Assembly (NCBI GenBank): GCA_036172245.1
Contig: JAYWIR010000012.1
Location: 62,001-126,000 of the forward strand
Length of the DNA stretch: 64,000 nucleotides
Source of the DNA: Raillietiella orientalis
Lineage: Eukaryota
Direction of reading: 5' to 3'
Shown piece by piece: positions 49,330 through 61,565 of this stretch (within the stretch, counting starts at the first letter, position 1; each line of letters starts with the position of its first letter). Made by a program: the position numbers and the translations under genes. A model generated the notes under the pieces. The model searched no databases, was not told the DNA's origin, and saw nothing but the letters and a program-made list of their open reading frames with translations.

Positions 49330-52205
49330 CCCTGCCTGCTAGTAGGCTTCTACGCACGCCGAACTCTGCGTGAAATTCTTGAATTTCCACCGAGTTGCAC
49401 GTGGGCGGAAGGGACACCCCTTGCTTCGGCGATGCCTTTCCTCCAAAGGGCGCTTCACGAAAGCCGGAAGCTGAGGTGGCAAGTCTGCTGCCGTATCGCA
49501 GGCAGAGAGAAGATAATGAGCGGCTGGACCATGGGAGAGCTGACAGATGCTACGACCCCTAGTCTCCAGCCGCGTGGATTAAGAAGATGGGCGAGCTGCT
49601 CGGCATTCGATTGTATGACCTGAAGTGGCCCCCGGTTCTACTTGGATCCAGGATTCTTCCCCTGAAGTGGCAAGAATCGGCGCTTCTGTGGCTGCATTGG
49701 GGTCTACCCTGCAACGCGCGCCACTTCCACTGGACGCGGGGAAGAGTAAATCCTGCATGTGCCAGGTGTGGGGAGCGGGAGTCGCTCCCCCACCTCTTAT
49801 TTGATTGCCCTGCCGTCCGGATTCTTTGGGATCGTCTTAGAACGGCCCTTGGGATACCAGATGGTGGCAACCTCAGAGGCGTGTACAGTCTTCTCTTCGT
49901 GCGGGACGCCCTCAGTCCACCCGCAGCCCTGGCAGCACGTTGCTGCATTCGTGGTATCGTGGCGGCCTGGAGTGATGCCGAAGATGAAGATTGCATCGTG
50001 AGGGACGTCATTGAGTATGCTGTTCGCTTCCTGCAGAGAGCTACCCGATGGCCCCATCTGGGAAGAATGAAAATGGAACTCGAAGGCATCCTGCAAAGGA
50101 TGGGCCCTCCCAGCAGTTGTCTGTGATCCCTTCCCGGCCCTCCAAACTCCTTTTGTTGTTTTTTCTCTTATTTTATTTTATTTTTGTTTTCTCCCCCATC
50201 CCCTTCCACTGCCGAGGAGAGCCACACCGGGCTGCGTCCGGGTGTCCCGGCAGGTCCGGTATTGCGTGGCCGTCAGTGGGGCCTTGTACCACGTTCTTGA
50301 ATGACGGAAGAAATGTTTTTTTAATAAATGTCCCGGCGTACCCGGGTGGCATCACCAAATCTTTTCGGGAGACGGTCCATGGGGAACTGCTGGCAGAACT
50401 CTCGGACCGAGACTTTCAAATCGTCCCAGTCGTCGAGCGTCTGCAGGCTGAAACCTCGCAAGAACGCGCGGAGGTGTTCCGCTGCGCCTGGCTTCGTCAG
50501 CCAGTCCCCCGGTAGACTCCACGCCTGCGAGGGGGGCCCCCTGTCGCGCGAGCGAATGACGAATTCTACACGGGAATGATCGGAGACAGCGGACTGTATC
50601 TTACCTCTCCTGCCCACGCGACAGCGCAGGTGATCGTCGAGGAAGACGTGGTCCACGCTCCGCTCCATCCCGGCGTCCCCGGCCAACAAGTTGGATGCGT
50701 GCACCGTGGCGCACATCTCGTTAACCGGGGTGGCCTCTGTCCTCGCCGCACCTGATAGCAGGCGAATATTAAAATCGCCGGCTATCAGGTGCGCCGTGCG
50801 CGCGCCTGCCTCCGACAGCCAGTTGCGCTGGAACGCACGGAAGAATGCCGTCCGTGCCACGCGCGCGTGACCGCCGCTCGGCGCGTACACGTTCGTGACG
50901 ACGAGATCGATCGAGCCGGACCACCTGAAGGTGATTTGCCCGACCCTACCTGTCTCATCGAAACGAACTTTCCTCACCGAACCTTGTAAGGCAGGCAAGA
51001 CGTAAGACGGCGCTGCTAGTGCTCCATTGGGGACTCCTTTTCAGAGCACGCCTCTTCCACTGGACCTCAGGGAGTGTGGATGCCATTTGTATAGAGTGTG
51101 AGGAAAAGGAGAGCTTCCCCCACTTAATCATAGAGTGTGTTGCCCTCCGGCTGATGTGGGATTGACTTTCGTCGATCCTAAGCATTCCGGTGGGCGACTC
51201 CAAAAACATTTTTGGTCAGCTCCTGATGCGGGACGCCCTGCCAACCGCCGCATGTGTTGCAGTTTTCTGCTGCATACGTGGAATTTTGGATATGTGGACC
51301 GCAACCAAGAGAGGACGAAGAAGTCGAAATGCCATACACTGGGCAGCCATCTCCTTGGAAAAGGCTTCCCGTTGGCGCCGACTTACAAAACATTTGTCGG
51401 CACTTCTCATTCAAAACGGGATGCAGATGTCTCCTCGCGGCGTACGGCCTTTTCACGTATCCTTTTCCTTTCCTCCCCTCCCCATAAAACTTTGTCCAGC
51501 CGGGCATTTTTCTTTTTTGTGTTTTTTTTTTCTGCTTTTCGAGCCCTCTTTGCCAGAGGAGAGGACCTTACCGGCCTGCGGTATGGACAGGTGCCACAAT
51601 ACAGTGAAAACACATCTTTCTAAGTGAAAAGAAGTTCAAGTGACAAGACTTTAATACGAAATTTTCATTTGAAAAATTTTACTAATAAAAGTCCCAGCTT
51701 ACCCCGGTGAAAAACCTCAAATTCCCATTTCGCCGTGATGCTGCTGCTCAGCTGCTTCCTGAGGGAGGGAAACGCTGCGATGAGGAAAGTTCTTCCAGCC
51801 CACCCTCTTCTTTCGGGATCCTCCAGGATGCTTCGAAGCCCGCAGCGCTTCTTGCGCGCGAACGGAAAACGGCCGCACCTGTTCCGTGCGTTTGTCCTGG
51901 CTCCCCATCCACATGGGAACAGTTTCCTGTAGCCAGGCACCACCGTTCTCGGGGCGACAAGAAATCCGTCCCGTGTTCTTGCTCGTCAGAGTGGTCACCC
52001 GCCGAACCTGCAATCCACATTGGCAGATGTGGAGGCGCCGCGACAGGAACCAACACAGTCCCGCGTAGCCGGTGGCTCGCTTGATCAGGTACCGTGCGAG
52101 CTCGCACCAGTTGGCGCTCCACAACTTCGCCACTAGGGCCAGTGCCGTTCGCTGGGGCTGCTGCTCCAGGGGCTCCAGCGTCAGTAGCCGAGACCTCAAT
52201 CCGTC
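49330..52205. mobile_element. Nested Tx1-like fragments: 3' end (+, ~49330-50348), APE (-, 50349-50985), 3' end (+, ~50990-51712), RT-distal (-, 51713-52205)
   Basis: CARCGERESLPHLLFDC; DETGRVGQ..NVYAP..AGDFN..SDH; HLIIEC; LLTLE..ALVAKLW. Confidence 0.88.
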
Positions 52206-52999
52206 GTGGTGCGTGCGTTTTGAACTGGGCGCCCCTAACGTAAGCGTTGTGGCGCCGCTGGTTGCAGGAACTTCCACCGGGGACAGAAGAGTGCTCGGAA
52301 GGAGCTCCCAGCGAGGTGATGCGACAAACGGTGATCCGAGCTCTGCTTTGGCGCGCGCCAACTGTTCGTGGAAGCCGTCAGGAGGGCGCACGAAGTGCGG
52401 AAGTGCGTTCCTCGTGTTCGGAGGCGCAGAAGGGTTGGATTTATATATGTTATAGGCTGGCGTGGCTCGCCAAGGATGCAGCGCCTGCGACTCTTTGAGC
52501 CCTCTATAGTCACAATTGGTCTGCCGCTATGAAAAAATTTACGTGTTGTGGAATCTACAGCCTTTAACCTTTAAATACAAAATAATGATGAACACAGCGG
52601 TTTTAACGATTTATTTATGCCGAATATGCTTTGTGCATTTGGGATTTCAACGTTTGCAGTTGTACGCATGAAATCTCGAGTATGCAACTGCATAAAACAG
52701 CTCGTGCTTGGCGTTAATTGAGTTAATTCCATTTAAGGCCATTCAGCTTATGGACGTTGCGAGTTGTCCGTAACTTCCTCTGCCTTTATTTTTCATGGCT
52801 TTACCTGGAGAAAACTCGCAATTTTTTAGCCTTGGTTTGGCCCTAAAACACCCTAAAATTCCCCTTTTTTTCTCATTCGACCAGCAGGGGGTATGCCTGA
52901 AAACCAATCGTGGGAGTACTCTTCGTGAAGCAATTGCCTGCGTCAATTCTTCATCATCGTATCACTACATTTCCACTGTTTCTTACATCGGATAAGTGC

Positions 53000-54130
53000 T
53001 GATCATGTAACACTTTGACGGTGTAAATTTTGAAATTGTAAATGATTCCAGGCGAATAGCACGATAAAAACGCTTTGTAGCCCCATTTCGTAGTTTTCTT
53101 CTGCACCAAACCTACGTTTGCCTTTCAATGGTAGTATTTGTTCATCGACACCCAGGTGCTCACCCATCGGAATAGGACTGAAGTTTCGAACCAATTTGTC
53201 GAGAATAGGTTCCATTTCTTGTGCTTTGTCCATTCCCTCTGAATCATTCGTATTAGCCTCCTAATTTGTGCCAAAATGTGTTTTGGATTCAATTTTTTCG
53301 CATCAAGCACGACCGTATTCTCAACGGCAGATCTCTCTCCTCTGATTGATCTCCAACACATCCGAGACCTTGGTAACCCTTAAACTGACATCAGAAGGCA
53401 ACAACCAAACAGTCCTTGTATTCCATAATATGAAACAGCTGTGGATTCCGCAGGATCACCAGCGTTGCAGGGCATAAGTATGGGTACACTCGACCGTATT
53501 ACTTCTGATTTCGTCATCAGATAGTTATCGCAAATAGGCCGTAGCGGATTGGGGTGCTTCTGGATCTACGGGACAGTTTCCTTTCCGAGGAAGATGAAGG
53601 CTCTTTTTCGGATGGGATACTGGTTGCCAAGATATTTCTTGTTATTTCAAATTTTCATCACTCTTGACGGTCCCCTACTCAAATTATCGTCTCTATCAGT
53701 AAGATTTGCACGTCGTCGTGTGAGATCTATTGGCCGATCTCCGTCGGTGTCCCATTCTAATAAACAACCCACGGATCTACTACCGCTAATGCTTCTTGTT
53801 CTTTCCACTCTTCTATTTTTATGTTGTGCTTTGGTATTCGTGTTTTAGGCCTCGAACATAAGAAACTAAAAAGAAAAGGAATCCCCCAGCGTCGTTGCAA
53901 ATACAGCGAACCTTACCATTATAGCTCGAGGTCACAAAGCTATGATGGTCAGCTGCCATGATCCTCACTGGACGTCCCGGCAGGTCAACACGGTCACGCA
54001 GTCGTCCAAAGAGTGCTTCCCATGCTTGCTGGTCCAGAGAGGGTTCCAAACAAGTCGACGCGTTTCCTGGAGCACCGACTCCATTGGTCATCCGAGAGAG
54101 ACAGTGGCTGCGGGGATATCTTAGCGCGCG
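53000..54130 (-). mobile_element. piggyBac-like transposase relic
   Basis: EHLGVDEQILPLKGK and, in a shifted frame, KWGYKAFLSCYSPGIIYNFKIYT, matching the piggyBac DDD-domain VDE.M.PFKG...KWG.K motif. Confidence 0.8.
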
Positions 54131-57100
54131 AACGCCGCGGACGGAGCTCGTCATCAGCTGATCAAAGAGTGGTAATCATTGTATCACAGTTAATCAATGA
54201 AAGTTTCCAAAGAGTTCACCTCTCTCTTCTTGGCCTTGGTAATTCGGAACACAGCGTGGCTTCCCCAGAGCTAGGTCAGCATGCAGACCGACTGCTTTCC
54301 TCCTCGGTTGATCCAAGATTCTGAATCGAATTTTCTCCTGTGCTTTCTCTCCTTCCGTTACGGCTGAATCACATTCATGTCCTCTAAATTTATTCAATTT
54401 AGAACTCTCGTTTCGTGAACGCTGAACCCTGTTGAGACGTTCGTGTGTTCCTAGTTATTTTAGATGAACATCCATCTCTGTATGGGACTCAAAAAAAGAT
54501 GCGTTGCATCTGTGGGCTCCTTCGAATTAACGGGGTTTCGTGATCCCGCCTGCAAGCGAAGGTACGCATCGTTGGTCAATCCTCGCCATCTTTGAGAAAG
54601 CGAATTGTTTTCTGTTATTTTCTGCTTCTCTCACTAGAGGTCAAGCGGGAGCAAGTCAGACTGGAGATTCACATAGAACGTTTGCGGTAGGGTTTGGGAA
54701 TTCATAGTGTTCTGGAAGTTTGAGGTCCCCTTTTCCTTCTGAATGCTCCGTCGATGCGGTCGGCGTCCAATTGTGAGCTACTTTGGTGCTTTGGGAGAGC
54801 CACGGATTTGCCTGCCTTCCTGGAATGCTTTTTTATTGCTTTTTCTAGAGGAGTCTGGACTGACCTCTTGTACAAAAACCAGCGTCTCAGTTTGGTCGCT
54901 GGTTCTTTGAGGGAATTCCCCATCCAGCTGAAAAACCTCCCGTTCCTTCACATGTGGTCCCTAGAACGATCGGCAGCTCGTAGCAAAGGCCTTGCCGTGA
55001 TTGGTCAATAATAAGACAAGAATTTTAGCCGCGTCGCAGGGAAGCTCGAATCCTAGGAAACCCGGGTCAGCTCCCCAGTCAGGAAACCGGGACCATCTCG
55101 GCTCTCCGCCGTGCCCGCGGCATTCTGTTGCTCCTGTGCCGTCCAAGGGCAACGGAGCGACCTCAGTACGCCACCATCCGACTTGAAGATGACAATGTCC
55201 AGCGCTCTGTGCGTCAGCCAGGAAAGGTGTCACGGACGGAAAGAATTCGTGGTACCCCCGGTCGCGAGGTCTGACATCCCGATGGCTGTGCAAGAGCAGC
55301 CGCGAACGGACGGCGAGCGAGTCGCCGGTTTCCTGGCCTGGGCTTGGCCTTCGTTGTGGGAAGAACGGAAGTATGTGGAAGAGACGCTGATCACCTGCGA
55401 ATGAATTCTGGGTCACCGCGCAGCTCACGTGATGCCAATCTCTGCTGCCTTGAAGTAATTGTGGAGGCAGAGTCCCTGAGACGCCTAACGTGCTACTCTT
55501 CAGCGGGAACCGTCCCGCAGTCTGCCAGACCGTTGCGGGAGTCGAGTCTCCGAGAAGCTCTCTTCGGTAGATGGGAATTTCCGTCACGGAAGGTGTGAAG
55601 GCGGCGGGCTTTTTCCCTTGGGCTGCATGGCGCCTCCTCAGGGAGCCAGTCGTCGCAGCTGGTCCTCTGCGACGTTCAGAAATGAGCAGCCTGCGAAGTC
55701 CCCTTCCACCTGACCATCGCAGAGATCCCGCACTGACTTCCCGAAGGCTCTTTGAGTTTCCCGTCCCAGGCGCTCCCTTTTCGCAGCTTCCCTGCAAGGA
55801 AGGCGTCCTGCTGCGTTTACCGGGCGCACCACCGCAGAGAGCCTGCGGAAGGAGAGCCGTCGCTTCTGCTCCGGGCCGGTGTCTGCAAACCTTCTCCTCC
55901 TGCTACCTGTTAGGAAACAAAAGGCCGGACAAAAGACCATCTTACTTTCTTCTAGTGGATGCACCTGTCTCCGATTTTCCCGGCTTGTTCCAAGAAGCAC
56001 CTCCCTCTATCGACCTATCTTGACCCTTGTGTTCCATTGGCGGACACACTCAGCGGGTTCGAAACCTCCCCACAGGAGAAGGTATTTTTCCTTTCCCTCT
56101 TTTGCAGAGAAATCTGAACGTGAGGTATTGTCCCCACGTGTGTCAGATGCGCTTTGCAGGCTCCGGACTGGTTTATTTTTGGCGTGAAGTCTTTAGCTTA
56201 CCTGGAAGACGGGCTACCAGACCAGACGAGACTTGCGCAGGCAGTCTTCATCGCACCTATTGCTTGGTCCCGGCTTGCATGCCATCCTCATCTTGAGAGC
56301 CTGGTTTCGCTCCACAAAGGCTCTCTCACCGCATTTCTTGCGTTTCGCCCCTCCCGCCTGGTGTGCGCAGCACGGAACCCCGTTCGCTGAGGCATTCAGG
56401 AGCAGCGCTCCGCCGGACCGACGAATGGTTTCGTTTCATAAATGCAGACCGCGTACCAGAAGGCAGCGCGACGCCATGGACCACCCTCCTTCCTCCCCTG
56501 CGAGCCGTGTCGTGAGGGTCGAGAAAGCGGGAAGCTGCATCTCATGCTCCCGCCGCCCTCAATCTTTGCAGGGGGAGGCGAGGTCATCAGAACGCAAATG
56601 CCAATACCACCTCTCCGGCGTGAGGCCTCGCAGAGTCCAGAGGGATGCGATCCTGTGATCCAGCCCATCTCATTCGGATGCGTGCCATCAGTTACTCCAT
56701 GAGGATGAAGAATTCTAACTTCAGCTTTCTCTGATCAGCATCCAATCGGAGGTCACGAGAGTAGAAAGGAAAGTTCACGGAACATCCTGGATTTTCAGTC
56801 CTTAATGTGCATCTTTGTTGATTGGATCGAGAATGCAGCATTGAATACGAATGAGATTCTTATCCAGCATCCCGGATGGTAGGGCGTGCACGGATCCGTC
56901 TCCCCTTTTATGGACACCAGCAACACAGTGGCTTCGATCTTATCCACTCATTCCCTGTTCACATGCGCATGGAAAACGATCGCAATGAGAGTTTATTATT
57001 TAAAAAAATAATTAATAAAAAATTGATGTATGGAAGTGGCACACAAGGATTTTCGCGAATTGCGGGGATCTTGTGTCACAGGCACGTGACCGAGGAAAGA

Positions 57101-57163
57101 GCGTCTTTCCCATCCTTGCGTGAGGACCAGAGAATATCGCTATGTGAAACGTGACGGCATTCG

Positions 57164-58537
57164 CTAGGTAAGACCAGGTTACGTTTGTTTGGGTTAGGTC
57201 GGGTGAGGTGAGGTTAGGTTAGGCTGGGTTAGGTTAGCGTAGGTTAGATTTCTCGCCTGGTCACCGAAGTGTTTAATAAAATAAACCAGTTGGGAACAGA
57301 GTTCCCAACCGACGAAGAAACAAGCAAAAGGCAGAGTCCACCGGCACGCAGTCTGGGATAACAGAAGTTCGGGACGGAGCGGGTGATCGGGGACAACATA
57401 TAGAAATTCAAATGCGGTGGGTTTGCTCCGGGAGGCAATGGAATAAAAACAAAAACACTGAAGGAGTTGCGGAGCGAACGGGGATGGGGAATGAAACAGA
57501 AAATAAATAAGTAAATAAAATAGAATTGAGAAAGGGTAGGAAAGGGCAAGGTTCTCCGGAGTCCGCCGTTCTTAACTGTCCATCAACCAGCTGTGTATGG
57601 CGGAGATCTCCTCCTCTGCTCTTTCTTCCAGGTGACATCACCTTGCAGCCTTCTCATGTAGGCGCCTGCCAGACAGTGGACCTCCCTTCGCTGCTATTAG
57701 GCTAGGTAGCGTTAGGTGAGGTTGGGTGATGTAAGACTTGGTGAGGTTAGGTTAGATGAGTTAGCCTTAGTGAAGACAGGTTATGTTAGGTGAGGGTAGT
57801 TTGGATTCTCTTAGCTTAGGTTAAATGAGGTTTGTCAGGTCACAGTGGTGGAACACTTATTTCTATCACGCGCATAAGACTTGCCAAAAGCCGGTACGCA
57901 GACCGGTGAGGTCCGTTCCAGAAGCAAAGGGGAAGGGAAAATCACGCACACACAAAAACAAACAAAAAAGAGAAAAAAGAGGGAGGGGAGGGAGATGGCA
58001 GGGCAGGCCGGGGAAGGGGATCACTGCTCGCCTGGAGACGTCCTCTGCATCCTGTCCAGGATTGCCCAAGTGGGGAGATCACGACGCGGTCTTCAAAAAG
58101 ATCCTCGTCCAGTGTATGGCGTCCCTGCCATTTTGGCCTCTTGTTGCGTTCCAGCATGCCAAGACTCCGCAAATGCAGCAGAGAGTTGCTAACGACGCGG
58201 CTGGCGGCACAGCGACACGCACGAAGAGAGGCCCCAAAATGTCTCTGGGGTCGCCTACCGGGATTCCTAAGATTCGTCGTCAGACGATCCCAAAGGGGCA
58301 CGTCGATGGGCGGCACAATCCATCAAAAGATGCGGGAGTGTCTCCTTCCCACATCTGTCTCACTTAGCGTTCACGCTCTCTCATGTGCAGTGGTGAAGGC
58401 GTGTTTTGCATAAGAGTTCCCATGCAACACCGGCAACTCCGACTCCTGCCACTTGAGGTTAGATGGGGTTAGGTTGGGGGTGTTGGGTTAGGTAGGGTTA
58501 GGGTTTGTGAGTTTAGGTGTGGTAAGGTCAGGTTGAG
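57164..58537 (+). repeat. Three degenerate (TTAGG)n tracts: ~57164-57247, 57697-57840, 58457-58537
   Basis: Runs of GGTTA, GGTGA and GGTAA pentamers. Confidence 0.8.
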
Positions 58538-59600
58538 TTTTTCTTCCGGTTTTACCGATGCATTTATTCTTAAAATAACAACTAAAAGTCATACAAATTC
58601 ACAATAACTTGGTCGAACGTGCTTAAAACTCACCAAAGCCGACACATAGACCGGCTAGGTCCGTTTCCGCGGCGACGGGAAAGGGAAAACCGAAAAAAGA
58701 AACAAACAACAAAATGGGAGGAAGAGTTTTCTGAGTAGCGGGGGAAGGAGGGGAAGGGATAACATTTCGCCGAGACACGTCCTCTGCACCCTGTCCAGGA
58801 TACTGACAAGTTCTGTATTTTTTTTCTCCCAGGTGGGACCATCTTGAGGTAGTCTTCAAAGAGATCCGCACCGAATGAATGGCGTCCCTGCCATTCTGGC
58901 TTCTTCTTCCCGTGTTCTAGGCTGCCACGACTCCGCGGACACGGCAGAGAACTGCTAGGGACGCGTCTGCCCGCAGAGTGACATGCATGAACAGGAATCG
59001 AAAGATGTCCCTGAGACCGCCCACCGGGAATCCTAGGGTCGTCGCGAAGTGATCCCAAAGGAGTTAGAGGGCAGCACAGTCTAACAGCAAATGCGGGAAG
59101 ATCTTCTTCCCGCAGCTGCTGCACCAAGCATTCGCATTCCCCCGTGTCCAATGATGAAGGCTCGCTTTTCGTGGGATTCCCCCATGCAACAGCAGCAGCG
59201 CCATCTCTTGCCACTTGAGGTGAATGGTTCCACTGTTCCAACATTCTGAGTGGTCAATTCACATCCTCCGGAGGGATGTCGAGCAGCTCCCCCCAGCGTA
59301 AAAGTCCTTTTTGAGAAACACGCGTACGCGCAGCGTTCGCTAGCTGCCGAGTTGTCCACGAGCTGTTTGGTTCTTCTCTGCCCTGGATGCGGCAGGACTC
59401 TTCCCTCTTTTTCGGAAAGTCGCTGTCCCTTGCGCTTTAAAGGGTGGGCAGCGCTGGAACAAAGGGGATGAACGAAGCTCCCTTGCTCTTGACATACCCC
59501 TTGACATAGCCCGGTTTTCAAACGGAGGGCACAGAGTCCCTGCCGCGACCTCACCTCGCCTTCGCGCTGAACACAGGCGGCGCAACGGTAGCGTGAAGAT
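57248..59600 (-). mobile_element. Three co-oriented Tx1-like 3' fragments (57248-57696, 57841-58458, 58538-~59600)
   Basis: LKWQE..HG remnants and the ORF2 C-terminal end, T-rich 3' UTRs with the CTGCGT stem-loop, and AATAA/ATTAAA terminal motifs. Confidence 0.8.
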
Positions 59601-61462
59601 GGCGCGCTCAGGAAGACTTAAGCTGCCGCTCCCGGGAACCCGAGCTCCGAGCTTGGCTCGCGGAAGCCGGCCGGCGTCCAAGGGAGTCGGGGACACCCAG
59701 TTGTCAGACAACTGAGAGTCTCCTCGGAAACGTCCGAAGAGGCAGGAAACGGCCGGAAACGGCCGAAGAGGATGGTTGAAATTTGACCAGACCTGTCCGG
59801 CCCAGGGAGGAAGAGGGGCAGAAACCAGCCCATCGAGTGGCGGTTCCGCTTCTCCGATGAACGTCTCCGATGAAGACACCCACCGCGAACCCTCTCTTCT
59901 TCAGCGATGGTGAAGCCGGAAAGGCGTGGGAGGAGGCGGACGCTGTGCAAAATCCTCTTTTATCTCTCGGCGCTGCCCGGAACGCTCGACTCTGCCAGGT
60001 TCCGTCTCTCCTCGATCGGCTGCTCTCTGCGTCGACTGATGACCTCAAATGGCGGCAGTCCCCGGCATCTTCTAAAACGCTCATCATCTGCTGCTTCCGC
60101 GAACTGCTTTTGTTTCCTTGCTGGTGTGATATGGTGGTTCGGAAGGTCCTCGTATAACGCGTGGGATCCGTTCCGCGTTAAACGAGCCCTAGGTCATGCG
60201 TGAACTGGCTAATGCTTGGAAATTCGCAGCTTCAGTCACATATTCGGACTCAACCAACTGAATTCCACGAACATCTACCTCTGCGAATTCACCGCGAAAT
60301 TTCTTAATTTTGGTTAAAAAATGAATAGTCAGATTATAATTGCCACAGTGAATTTTAGAATGGACCGACTGATTCCGTTCCACACTTTATACCATCATTC
60401 TCTATCTGTTCTACTCATGGTCTTAATATCATCACACACATCACCAACTATTCAAAACAAAATTACCATCATAAACTCCATTTTCTCTGGCCGATCTCTT
60501 CACCCTCTCTATAATATGGTATCGTACAGTGGATTTCCTCAATGGCGTATAACGTGCTCAGTCATCCCTGTACCACGTTGTGGATAGATTTCTGTTTTGT
60601 GCTGAAGCGCCAGTTCAGCCGCTTTCGAAGAGAACTAGAACACCACCCACCTGTTGCTCCCTTAGTGTAGGACTTCGAAGTGTTCTTTCACGCCGTTGTT
60701 CTCTGCGATCGGCATTGCCTGCTGGAGATGTGCTACGTGTGTACCAGCAGTGCCTCCAGCCAGTTCAGAAAACGAAAAACGTACAACGTGAATGAATTGG
60801 ACTGAATTTTTTTTCATTCAGATTTTTCTGAGAGAAATCGCTCAAGAAGGCACATTTTTCAGAAAAGAGAATGATGGAACGAAAACTATAAAGCTGCAGA
60901 AATTGATAAAATATTAACAAAACCCTGAAAGCGTTTTTTTTACTTAAGGCGTAATAATAAATGAGCACTTCTGATTTTTACCTCTTTGTCTTTAAGTGGA
61001 ATAATAACTATTCTATTGCTATGCGTTTCATTCAGAGAACATTTTATACTTTCCATTAATGGCCTTCATATAACATGGGAGATACTTTTCGCGTAATACA
61101 AATCCGCGTTATACGAACTTTGTATATTAAACGTGAATACTACGATGGTATTTTACGATGGTATTTATTAAATGATGTGTTTGCGTTCTTTTTAAAGAGA
61201 GATGAAGCCATACTTTCCCACACGTTTGCTCTTGCTTTTCAGTGAACCTTCGAGGCTTGTGTACTGCAACCGTGAAGTCCACTGCTTGACATTCTTTAAC
61301 GTGCTACAGTTCCAGGAGTCTCACAACGTCAGCGAAAATTTTGCAAGAGCTTCTGGCAACATATTTGAGCATAATTTCTGGGAAATTATGCTCAGAAAGT
61401 CCGCGTAACTTAAATGCTTGATTCGTTCATAATGGGGGAACAGAAAGAGCAAAAGACTCAAA

Positions 61463-61565
61463 AATGGGAGGGAGGGAAAGAGCGGAAGGATCAACAATGG
61501 AAGGGAGGGAAAGAACGGAATGATCAACAATGGGAGGGAGGGAAAGAGCGGAAGGATCAACAATG
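61463..61565 (+). repeat. 33-bp minisatellite, 3 copies
   Basis: AATGGGAGGGAGGGAAAGAGCGGAAGGATCAAC x3 (the middle copy has 3 changes). Confidence 0.9.

Noticed and set aside
54961..56800. Possible SLC4 N-terminal domain remnants (RLLLHSHRDV on minus; EWFRF..PW and GKLHLML on plus)
   Set aside because: The resemblance is only a few residues and the two pieces lie on opposite strands; it needs a TBLASTN or HMM test.
57164..58537. True chromosome end
   Set aside because: The tracts are short, degenerate and flanked by ordinary sequence on both sides, so they are interstitial.
61463..61565. CRISPR-like array
   Set aside because: The units abut with no unique spacers, the context is eukaryotic, and there are no cas genes.
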